The notes below the pieces were generated by a model. That model was given only the letters and a program-made list of their open reading frames with translations, made no database searches and had not been told where the DNA came from. From NCBI GenBank assembly GCA_963674965.2, contig CAXXFL010000003.1, positions 352,001-416,000 of the forward strand: a DNA stretch of 64,000 bases, given 5' to 3'. This document shows, piece after piece, positions 1 to 8,387 of the stretch (positions are counted from its first letter, which is position 1; the number at the start of each line of letters is the position of its first letter). The position numbers and the translations under genes are program-made. The DNA comes from a bacterium. GTDB taxonomy: Bacteria > RBG-13-61-14 > DATKZS01.

Positions 1-745
1 CCGCCTCGGCGTGGCTCTCGAAGGTGACGATGGAATAAGCCAGGAAATAAATGGAACTGAGGATAAAAAGAAAGATACCGGTCATGAATACCCTTCTCTT
101 TCCGAAGTGTATGGCGTTGGTGGTCATTCCCGCGGCCATGTCCTGGTCGAAGTCCTCGATCTCGTTCGAAAAGTGCCCCGCTGAAAGGACCAGCCCGAAA
201 AAGGCCGCTAAAGCGAATGACTCGGGCGTGAATTCCTTGAACACGGACCAGCCCCCCAGGAAATAAAGCGACGCGCCCACGAAATGGACTATGGTGCCCA
301 GCACCGGCTTACCCTTGAAGTTGACGGCGGGATGGGAATAGAGGGTGGTGGCGGCTATGATGGACGCCCCGGTAAGGGCGAAGCGCCACGAGAGCAGGGC
401 GAACCCGAAAAGGGAGACGGCGGCGAGGACGATACTGACGTACAGCACCTGTCTTTCCGAAAGCGTGGAATGCTTGAGGGCGTGCCATTTGCGCTGGTTC
501 GGCTCGTCCTCATTCATGAGCCCCCCGCACCAGTCGTTATAAATGTAAATATGCACGTTGAATATGACGCCGAAGAAGCCGAAGACGGCCAGCCTGAGGA
601 CCACTGGCCATGTGAAGCCATCTATGGCCATGGCCGCCCCCATGGTCGGATAGGCCATCATCATGAGCGCCTCGACGTACCTCACGCCCCAAAAAATGAA
701 ACCGAGCTTTTTTCCCCGCCCGCCGGATATGTCTACGTCGGCCAT
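1..745 (-). CDS. UbiA-family prenyltransferase (runs off the window start; absent from the ORF track)
   Basis: Manual translation from ATG at 745: MADVDISGGRGKKLGFIFWGVRY..., many hydrophobic helices, with Asp-rich motifs IYNDW and SNEIEDFDQDMAAGMTTNAIHFG typical of UbiA. Confidence 0.8.
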   Translation of the reverse strand, partial: MADVDISGGRGKKLGFIFWGVRYVEALMMMAYPTMGAAMAIDGFTWPVVLRLAVFGFFGVIFNVHIYIYNDWCGGLMNEDEPNQRKWHALKHSTLSERQVLYVSIVLAAVSLFGFALLSWRFALTGASIIAATTLYSHPAVNFKGKPVLGTIVHFVGASLYFLGGWSVFKEFTPESFALAAFFGLVLSAGHFSNEIEDFDQDMAAGMTTNAIHFGKRRVFMTGIFLFILSSIYFLAYSIVTFESHAEA

Positions 746-766
746 GTGGTTTTTATATCATCAATT

Positions 767-1951
767 TCAGCCCGCGCCTAAAACGAAGACGCAAGCCAGG
801 GCCCCGGGCCCGCCCAGGGTGTGGGCCACGCCCGTCCTCGCCCCCTTCACCTGCATCTTGTCCGCCCGCCCGCGGAGCTGGTCGGAAACGTTGTTTATCA
901 TGCGAACGCCCGAGGCCCCCACTGGATGCCCGCAGGACTTGAGGCCGCCCGAGGCGTTGACCGGCAGCTTCCCGCCTATATAGGTCTCGCCCTCCTCGAT
1001 CAGCTTCCAGCCCTCCCCCTTGGCCGCGAAGCCGAGGTCCTCGTAGTTGATTATCTCCGTGATGGTAAAGCAGTCATGAAGCTCGACCAGGTCCACCTCC
1101 CCGAGCGGGTCCTTGATCCCCGCCCGCCGATAGGCCTCGGCCGCGGCCCGGCGGGTGGACTCGAATCCCGTGAAGCTGAAGCTCGGGTCCATCTGCGCCG
1201 TGTAGTACCCGGTGGTGACGCTGAGGCCAACGCCCCTTATGATCACGAAGTCGTCGGTGTAATCCCGGGCCTTTTTCACCGGACACAAGACGGCGGCGGC
1301 GGCCCCGTCGGTGGTGGGGCAGCAGTCGAAGAGCTTGAGCGGAGCCGCCACCATGGGGGCGGCCATGGCTTTCTCGATGGTTATCTCGCTCCGGAAATGG
1401 GCCTTGGGGTTGAGGCTTCCGTGCTTGTGGTTCTTGACCGCCACCTTGGCCAGGGTTTCCTCGCCGATCCCGTACTCCTGGAAGTAGCGGGAGGCGAGGA
1501 GGGCGAACATGCCCGGCGCGGTCCTGCCCTTGCAGTACAAGGGATGGCCCTTCTCGACGTGTTGCGAAACCAGGCTGCCGCGGCCGGAGACGTCCCTCAT
1601 CTTCTCGACGCCCACGGCCAGGACCAGATCGTGCTCGCCGGCGGCCACGGCCAGGGCCGCGTTCCTTACCGCCTCCATGCCCGTCGAGCAGTAGTTGCTC
1701 ACCCGAGTGACGGGGATGGGGTCCAGACCGAGGCCGTCCACCACGTTCGTGCCCGACGCTCCCTCGAAGCCCCAACTGAAGGGAAGGTAGGTTCCGAGCC
1801 AGGCGGCCTCGACGTCGCCCGCCTCGATACCGGCGTCGGCGAAGGCCTCCTTGCACGCCCCCTCCAGCATGTCGTTGTAGCTCTGATCGAAGTTCTCACC
1901 GAACTTGATCGTTCCCGTCCCGATGATGGCAACTTCATTGGCTATGGGCAT
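767..1951 (-). CDS. Thiolase family protein, SCP2/archaeal type (acetyl-CoA C-acyltransferase)
   Basis: RVSNYCSTG catalytic Cys, ELHDCF motif, GHPVGASG motif. Confidence 0.9.
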   Translation of the reverse strand: MPIANEVAIIGTGTIKFGENFDQSYNDMLEGACKEAFADAGIEAGDVEAAWLGTYLPFSWGFEGASGTNVVDGLGLDPIPVTRVSNYCSTGMEAVRNAALAVAAGEHDLVLAVGVEKMRDVSGRGSLVSQHVEKGHPLYCKGRTAPGMFALLASRYFQEYGIGEETLAKVAVKNHKHGSLNPKAHFRSEITIEKAMAAPMVAAPLKLFDCCPTTDGAAAAVLCPVKKARDYTDDFVIIRGVGLSVTTGYYTAQMDPSFSFTGFESTRRAAAEAYRRAGIKDPLGEVDLVELHDCFTITEIINYEDLGFAAKGEGWKLIEEGETYIGGKLPVNASGGLKSCGHPVGASGVRMINNVSDQLRGRADKMQVKGARTGVAHTLGGPGALACVFVLGAG

Positions 1952-1993
1952 GGCGCCCCTCCCTTATTAACCGGCCCCGCCCGGGACCGCGAC

Positions 1994-3397
1994 TTACTCG
2001 ACGTCCTTTTTAAAAGCGGGCCTGAACTTCCAGAAGTAATTGTTGAACCCGCCGCCCTCGTGTATCTTGCGGAACACTCTTTCAACTTCCATTCCTATCT
2101 TCACCATAGCCGGGGCGACGTCCGTCATCTGGGCGTAGAGCCTGCCGCCCCCCTCGAGGTCGACCGAGACCATGGGGGTGGGCGGATTGGGACTGGGCGG
2201 CAGATGATCGAGGGTAAAAGCGTAGACCTTTCCCCCCCTGGCGAGCTTGTAATCGGACATGGACTCGCCGCCGCAGTTCCAGCAATGGCGGCGGGGCGGA
2301 TACTGGACCGCGCCGCAGGAGTCGCATTTCCCGCCGACGGCCCTGATATTCTGTTTTTCCTCGCGCCAGAGCACGGGGGCCGAGGTCCAGACGTTGATTT
2401 CCTCGCCGGGCAGAATCCCCCTGAAGCGGAGGAACATGGAGTAGCTCGAGAGTTCCCGGCCCGCGGCCAACTGGGCGCCGAGATCGGTCTTGAACCGGCC
2501 GATATGCTCGGTCACTCGCAACAGGACCGCGTCCGCCCCCGACCCGTGGCCCAGGACCGCGATCGCGTCGCCGGGCCTGGATTTTTCCAGGGCGGCCAGC
2601 AGGCTGATGAAGACCTGGGCCGTCCCCACGTTGCCGATCTCCGACTCGGGCTCCTCGGCCAAAAGGGCCTCCTTATTCACCCCGAGCCTGGAGGCGATGG
2701 AGCGCCGGGTCCTGGGATCGGGAGAGTAAAAGACCACCCGCGTTATTTCCTCCCTGGCCAGGTCCGCCTTATCGAGAAGGCCGGAAAGGGCCTCGGGAAG
2801 GTGGGCGAGGATTCCCTTGTCGGTTATGAACTTGGCGTCGCCCGACTCGACGCCGGTCCCGCCTTCCCTCCTCCAGTAATCCAGGAACGCCCGGTTGGTG
2901 GAATAAAAACCCTCGATCACCGCCACCGGGTCCTCCGTCCCGATTACCAGCGCCGCCGCGCCGTCACCCAATACTCGCTCGAGGGGGTCGCCCGGCTTGG
3001 CCGGACGAGCGTCCGAGGCGACGGCCGCGGCCTTTTTCGCCTCGCCGCTTTTGACCGCCTCGTAGGCCGCGCGAAGGGCCTGGGTCCCCGCCCGGGTGGA
3101 CCCGGTCAGGTCCGCGGCCATGACGTCGGTCCCCAGGTCCGCCGCGGCCGCCACGACGGCGGCGTTCTGGTGCTCCATGTATGGAAGCGTGGTGGAGGCC
3201 AGGTAGAGCCTGTCCACCTTGTTCCTTCCGTTTTCCAGACAATCGAGCAAGGCCTCGGCGGCCATGGTAATGGGGTCCTCATCGTAATTGGCCGCGCTTC
3301 GAGACCCCTTTTTCGACCCTCCCCACTGGGAGGACAGGACCTCTCCCCTCAGCCTGTAGCGGGGGACGTAACATCCCCAACCGGTTATTCCGATCAT
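1994..3397 (-). CDS. HMG-CoA synthase-like domain fused to a DUF35 Zn-ribbon/OB-fold
   Basis: N-terminal GITGWGCYVPRYRL...DEDPITMA...GDGAAA (HMGS fold); C-terminal CDSCG...HCWNC Zn ribbon and OB-fold ending YFWKFRP. Confidence 0.85.
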   Translation of the reverse strand: MIGITGWGCYVPRYRLRGEVLSSQWGGSKKGSRSAANYDEDPITMAAEALLDCLENGRNKVDRLYLASTTLPYMEHQNAAVVAAAADLGTDVMAADLTGSTRAGTQALRAAYEAVKSGEAKKAAAVASDARPAKPGDPLERVLGDGAAALVIGTEDPVAVIEGFYSTNRAFLDYWRREGGTGVESGDAKFITDKGILAHLPEALSGLLDKADLAREEITRVVFYSPDPRTRRSIASRLGVNKEALLAEEPESEIGNVGTAQVFISLLAALEKSRPGDAIAVLGHGSGADAVLLRVTEHIGRFKTDLGAQLAAGRELSSYSMFLRFRGILPGEEINVWTSAPVLWREEKQNIRAVGGKCDSCGAVQYPPRRHCWNCGGESMSDYKLARGGKVYAFTLDHLPPSPNPPTPMVSVDLEGGGRLYAQMTDVAPAMVKIGMEVERVFRKIHEGGGFNNYFWKFRPAFKKDVE

Positions 3398-3440
3398 AGT
3401 TTCCTCCGTGCTCCCGGGCCGCCGGCCATGAACCAGGGGC

Positions 3441-3944
3441 TTATCCTTTTATCAATCGCAGAATTTTTTGAGCGATCTTGGATGGAGAGTCGTGGTCGGT
3501 GGGCACGACGTGAACGGCGGTCTCGCGATAAAGGGGGGTCCTTGCGGCGAGCACCTCCTCGACCTCGTCGGTAAAGGACTTGCCCGTGAGCGAGGGCCTT
3601 TGGTCGTCGGCCGCTATGCGGCCGATAATGGTGGGGACCTCGGCGGTAAGCCAGACCGCGAGGCCGGACTTCTTCAGAAGCTCCCGGTTTTTCTCGCGCA
3701 GTATTATCCCGCCCCCGCAGTCGAGCACCAGGTCTTGCCCGGCGGCGGCCTCCTCGAGGACCTCGGACTCGAGGTCGCGGAAGCGCTCCCATCCGCTCTC
3801 CTTGACTATTTGAGGAATGGACATTCCCGCCCTCTCGACGATGGCGGCGTCGAGGTTGACAAGGGACATGCCCGCGATTTCAGCCAGTATTCGGGCCACG
3901 GCCGACTTGCCGGTACCCCTGTAACCGATAAGGGCGACGTTCAT
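3441..3944 (-). CDS. aroK: Shikimate kinase
   Basis: Start re-assigned to ATG 3944: MNVALIGYRGTGKS (P-loop), GWERFRDLE, CGGG, RPSL, RTPLY motifs. Confidence 0.9.
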   Translation of the reverse strand: MNVALIGYRGTGKSAVARILAEIAGMSLVNLDAAIVERAGMSIPQIVKESGWERFRDLESEVLEEAAAGQDLVLDCGGGIILREKNRELLKKSGLAVWLTAEVPTIIGRIAADDQRPSLTGKSFTDEVEEVLAARTPLYRETAVHVVPTDHDSPSKIAQKILRLIKG

Positions 3945-3945
3945 G

Positions 3946-5322
3946 TCAGATGAGATTGGCGGCGTAGATGACGTTCCTGGTCGTTTCCTTGCCGCGGTAC
4001 ATGGCCTTGTCGGCCAGGTGAATGAGCTCGGACTTGGTCTCGGCGTCGTCGGGGAAGGTGGCAACGCCGATGCAGCAGGTCAGGGTCAGATCGAGTCCAT
4101 CCTTGATCTTGATCACGGTCTCCTCCATGGCGCTCCTTATCCTCTCCGCCACCCTCGTGGCCCCCTCCCGGTCGGTCTCGACCAGGATCACGATGAACTC
4201 GTCGCCCCCGTACCGGATGACCACGTCGATCTCGCGCACGCAGTTCTTGATGAGCTTGGCCGTCTCGATCAGGACCTTGGAGCCGACCAGGTGTCCGTAG
4301 GTGTCGTTGACCCTCTTGAAGTGGTCCAGGTCCATGAACAGCACGGAGAGGTGGCTTTTGAAGCGGTAGGCCCTTTTCAATTCGGTCTGAAGGGACATGT
4401 CCAGGTAGCGGGTGTTGAAAAGCCCCGTAAGGTCGTCCACGAACACCAGCCTTTGCGCGTCCACGTATTTGAAGGCGTTCTCGAAGGACAGGTGAATCTG
4501 CTCGGTAATGAACCTGGCCGTTCCCAGGTCCATGCGGTCGAAGGAAAGGGCCTGATCTCTCCTGAAGGTGACGATCACGCCCTCGAGGGCCTGGGGAACC
4601 AGCACGGGCATGACCAGGGCCGAGTGGACCCTGAGCTGTTTGCCGACCGTTCCCTTTTTGACGCATTTGGGGTCCTCGAGCACGGCTATGCGGGAGGGGG
4701 TTTCCTCGAGGTCGTACTTTAACAACTCGCGCATCAGCGTCTCGGCCTCCTCCTCCTCGATCCCCACCCTGGACTTGACCGACCATTCGCCGTTGGTCCG
4801 AAAGAAGCTGAGGCCGATTTCCCCCTGCAGGGCCTGGAGCACGGCGTCGAGGGAAAAGCTGTAGAGCTTGTCCAGGTCGAGGCAAAGGCTGACGCGCTGG
4901 CAGGTCTCGTAAAGGGTAAGAAGGTTTCGAAGCTCGCTGTTCTCGTCGAACAGGTGCCGAAGCTCGATGGTCCTTTTCACCGTGAGCTTCAGTTCCTCGG
5001 GGTTGATGGGCTTGGTCAGGTAGTCGGCGGCCCCGCTTTTAAGGCACCTTACGGCGCTCTCGACGGAGGCGTAGCCGGTCATGATGATAACGTCGATCTG
5101 CGGATTGATCTGTTTGGTTTTCTCGAGGATGTCGATGCCGCCGATGCCGGGCATGACCAGGTCCACCAGCATGATATGAAAAGGCTCTCTTCTCAGTATC
5201 TCGAGGGCCTCCTCGCCGGTGTAGGTTGACCGGACGTCGTAGCCTTCCTTGCCCAGGACCTCGGAGCAGAACTCCTGGTAAAAGGCGTCGTCGTCAACTA
5301 CGAGTATTCTTCCTTTGTTCAT
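3946..5322 (-). CDS. Response regulator diguanylate cyclase (REC-GAF-like-GGDEF)
   Basis: ILVVDDD...DLVMP receiver; DDLTGLFN; RYGGDEF active site with RxxD I-site (REID). Confidence 0.9.
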   Translation of the reverse strand: MNKGRILVVDDDAFYQEFCSEVLGKEGYDVRSTYTGEEALEILRREPFHIMLVDLVMPGIGGIDILEKTKQINPQIDVIIMTGYASVESAVRCLKSGAADYLTKPINPEELKLTVKRTIELRHLFDENSELRNLLTLYETCQRVSLCLDLDKLYSFSLDAVLQALQGEIGLSFFRTNGEWSVKSRVGIEEEEAETLMRELLKYDLEETPSRIAVLEDPKCVKKGTVGKQLRVHSALVMPVLVPQALEGVIVTFRRDQALSFDRMDLGTARFITEQIHLSFENAFKYVDAQRLVFVDDLTGLFNTRYLDMSLQTELKRAYRFKSHLSVLFMDLDHFKRVNDTYGHLVGSKVLIETAKLIKNCVREIDVVIRYGGDEFIVILVETDREGATRVAERIRSAMEETVIKIKDGLDLTLTCCIGVATFPDDAETKSELIHLADKAMYRGKETTRNVIYAANLI

Positions 5323-5828
5323 TTCAGGCGAAAATTTCCAATCTCTTTATATACATGCCAGGAAAGGAAGTGTCAATCCCGCTCGTTTTTTCGCTTTATC
5401 CAGCTCATGCCGGTTCGTTGGCGATTAAAGCGGTCCTCAATAAAATCAACGATCCAGCCGGCAATGTCGATAATATCCTCAAAGGGTCACTCTCGTTTTC
5501 TTCCAAATTTTTCGCGCGGCGCATGAGATGATTGTCTCGGCGGCGGTCCTGGCCGTACCCAAACGAGGGACACGGATCATGACGACCAGGTTTTACATTA
5601 TTAAGGGAGTCAACCCCGCTAATTCCCCGAATGGCCGGAGGACCCTATAATGGCCGCGGCTTCGATATAACTCCAATGATTTATTTTATCTTCACCGCTT
5701 GATAATTTTTCCACCGACGATCCAGGCGTCCATAAAAGGAGAGATAAGCCGGCATTTCCAGTGAAGGACGAATGTAAACGACCGAATTTTCGAGGATATT
5801 CTCTGAAGGTTGAAGCGAGCGTTAAAAA

Positions 5829-5902
5829 TCGGGACGACTGGATTTGAACCAGCGACTTCCTGCTCCCGAAGCAGGCGCGCTACCAGGCTGCGCCACGTCC
5901 CG
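5829..5902 (-). tRNA. tRNA-Pro (anticodon CGG), CCA not encoded
   Basis: Reverse complement CGGGACGTGGCGCAGCCTGGTAGCGCGCCTGCTTCGGGAGCAGGAAGTCGCTGGTTCAAATCCAGTCGTCCCGA folds as a cloverleaf; anticodon stem CCTGC/GCAGG, GTTCAAATC T-loop. Confidence 0.95.
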
Positions 5903-5911
5903 TAAAGATAT

Positions 5912-5940
5912 ACTATAATTGTAGACTCCCTTTTTGTCAA
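5912..5940 (-). promoter_or_regulatory. Sigma70-type promoter of the tRNA-Pro gene
   Basis: TTGACA-17 nt-TATAGT on the minus strand, ending about 10 nt before the tRNA 5' end. Confidence 0.75.
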
Positions 5941-6287
5941 GAAAGGCCAGGCCGGGGCGGGGCGCCAAAAAGGCGCAAAGTCTAGGTTTGACGCCGGACA
6001 AAATACTCTGTTAAGCTCTTATTATAAAATAATAAAATTGTATCCAGATGGCGCCCTTCAAACTGACTTTCTTGCTTTTGTCTTCTAAGCTCAGCGACAT
6101 GTAAAGACGCTATTTCAGATGGGCTTGTCCGCTCTCGCGGCCCTGACTCAAACGCGCGGATTGGATCGGGCGCGTCATATCGATCGTTATCATTTTTACG
6201 CGGGCTTGACTTGAACGAGGATTCGGGTGGAAAATAACCTGTCCGGGCCGGATACGGACGGCCGAGAAAAACAAGGAAGGTTTTATC

Positions 6288-6971
6288 ATGGAAGTATTGG
6301 AAACTGCCAGAAAGAAAAAACACGGCGCCCTGTCCGAATACGACTCGAAGCGCCTTCTGTCCGAGTATGGAGTACCCGTGACCAGGGAGAGGCTGGTTAA
6401 ATCGCAAAAAGAGGCGGTGGAGGCGGCCGAGGAACTGGGATACCCGGTGGTGATAAAGGCCTGCGGTCCCGACCTCACCCACAAGACCGAGCTTGACGCC
6501 ATCAGGCTGGGCCTTGACGGCCCCAAGGCCGTCCGCCAGGCCATGCGGGAATTAAAGGACGCAACCAAGGGCCACAAGCTCCAGGGCATGCTGGTACAGG
6601 AGATGGTCAAGGGACAGCGCGAGCTGGTGATGGGACTGATCCGGGACCAGCAGTTCGGTCCCTGCGTCATGTTCGGCCTTGGCGGCATCTACACCGAGAT
6701 ACTAAAGGACGTGGCCTTCCGCGTGGCCCCTCTTACCGACCGCGACGCCCGGGAGATGATGGAAGAGATAAAGGGCAAAAAGATACTCGATTCCTTCCGG
6801 GGCATGGGCGCGGCGGACAAGGACGTCCTGGCCAAGGCCCTTGTCAACCTGGGCCAGATCGGCCTGGACCACGCGGACGTCAAGGAAATCGACGTCAACC
6901 CCCTAATCCTCGCCAAGGACGGAAAGCCCGTGGCGGTCGACGCCCTGGTGGTTTTAAACGGCAAGAAATAA
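6288..6971 (+). CDS. ADP-forming acyl-CoA synthetase beta subunit (stand-alone ATP-grasp)
   Basis: LSEYDSKRLLSEYGVP, GYPVVIK, HKTE, LVQEMV, DQQFGP, EIDVNPL, AVDALV motifs. Confidence 0.85.
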   Translation: MEVLETARKKKHGALSEYDSKRLLSEYGVPVTRERLVKSQKEAVEAAEELGYPVVIKACGPDLTHKTELDAIRLGLDGPKAVRQAMRELKDATKGHKLQGMLVQEMVKGQRELVMGLIRDQQFGPCVMFGLGGIYTEILKDVAFRVAPLTDRDAREMMEEIKGKKILDSFRGMGAADKDVLAKALVNLGQIGLDHADVKEIDVNPLILAKDGKPVAVDALVVLNGKK

Positions 6972-7177
6972 TAACCCGACAAGAGGCCATAAGCCCCCTT
7001 TCCATTCCCGCCGCCTTGGCCGCGATTCGTTTGAATCCATTATCGCCATAAGCTATATTGCGCTTAATCGAGCCGCGTCAAAAGGAGCGCGGCGGCCGGC
7101 GGACCACGCCGCGTCTCATTAATTTCTTCCTTCGCGAGAGGCTTGAAAAGAGTCGATCCGAAAACAGGGGGAGTTGG

Positions 7178-8131
7178 ATGAAAAGCCATATTATCATGCC
7201 GGCGATCATAATGGCCGCGCTTTTTTCTTTTGGTGCGAAGGCGGGGGAAAAATACCGGCCCGCGATCGCCGGGCCTTACCGCCCCTTGTTTCAGCCCCGC
7301 GAGTATGGCGACGACATAAACGACCATACGGTCTTTCGCGACGGGGAGGGCAACTGGAGGATGATCGGCATCCTCAGTAGTGGGCTGAACCTTTTGAACA
7401 CTCCCGCCTTCGCCCACGGAGTGGGAAGCTCTTTGGACGAGGTTATGGCCGAGCTTCCCCCCATATTCGGCGAGTATCCGGACAAGCAAAAGAAATGGGC
7501 CCCCCACGTAACGGTCGAGGACGGCGTTTATCATCTTTTCGCCGGTCCCGGCAAGATAAGACATTACACCTCCGGCGACGGAGTCAAGTGGTCTTTTCAA
7601 TCCATCGTCATATCTTCCGACTGGGACGATTTCAGGGACACCATGGTCCTTAAAATATCGGATGGCGTCTGGCTTATGTACGTGACGGACCGCGACAACT
7701 CGGTTTCCGTTTACGAGTCGAACGACCTCGAGAACTGGACCGATAAAGGAACGGCTTTTCACGCGGTCAAGCCGGCGGCCGCCTATCCGAAATATATCGA
7801 TATTTCCTCATGCGAGTCGCCCTTCGTCATCGAGTACTCGGGCTATTATTATCTTTCGGTTTGCCTTACTTCCGGGCTGAAACCCAAGACCTACGCCGAC
7901 ACGGTCATCGTCAGGTCCGAGGACCCTTATCGTTTCGGCGCGTACGCCGGGGGCGGGCCGGGCCAGACCTGCGATTACGTGACCACCCTCGAGGCCCACG
8001 CCGCCGAATACGTCCAGGACGAAAAAGGAAACTGGTTCATCACCTCCGCTGGCTGGAGACAATTTCCCACCCCCCCCACCGCTGAAAAAGGGTCACTCAA
8101 CATTGCCCCCCTCACTTGGGAAAAGGAGTAA
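7178..8131 (+). CDS. Secreted five-bladed beta-propeller glycoside hydrolase (GH32/GH43-like)
   Basis: Signal peptide from ATG 7178; INDH, WAPHV, FRD and CESP motifs match clan GH-J/GH-F catalytic motifs. Confidence 0.65.
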   Translation: MKSHIIMPAIIMAALFSFGAKAGEKYRPAIAGPYRPLFQPREYGDDINDHTVFRDGEGNWRMIGILSSGLNLLNTPAFAHGVGSSLDEVMAELPPIFGEYPDKQKKWAPHVTVEDGVYHLFAGPGKIRHYTSGDGVKWSFQSIVISSDWDDFRDTMVLKISDGVWLMYVTDRDNSVSVYESNDLENWTDKGTAFHAVKPAAAYPKYIDISSCESPFVIEYSGYYYLSVCLTSGLKPKTYADTVIVRSEDPYRFGAYAGGGPGQTCDYVTTLEAHAAEYVQDEKGNWFITSAGWRQFPTPPTAEKGSLNIAPLTWEKE

Positions 8132-8387
8132 CCCGCGGCGAGAAATAATTGGATACCCGATCCCGCGTCGCCGCTTTGTCCGTCCGGTTCCGTTTGACGC
8201 CGCTTAGGGCCATTTAAAAACAACCAATCCCGGAATCCGCCGTGACAATTAGTCCAATCGTTTTTCCCTCCCCGGCCGAAGGTTTGGCAAAAATGAAAAA
8301 TCAGAAAAATCAGGGCGGCTAGCCCTTTTTTCCAAAATATTGTATACTTATCGCGGGATACTTGCGCCCGCTCGATCCCCGGATTAA

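Noticed and set aside
821-3574. 917-aa plus-strand ORF and similar long antisense ORFs (e.g. 32182-33813, 45667-47394, 49437-51200, 54108-55634)
   Set aside because: They mirror motif-bearing genes on the opposite strand and show no recognisable domains
5340-5902. tRNA-Pro as an island attachment site
   Set aside because: No integrase in the window, and no repeat of the tRNA 3' end noticed (search by eye only)
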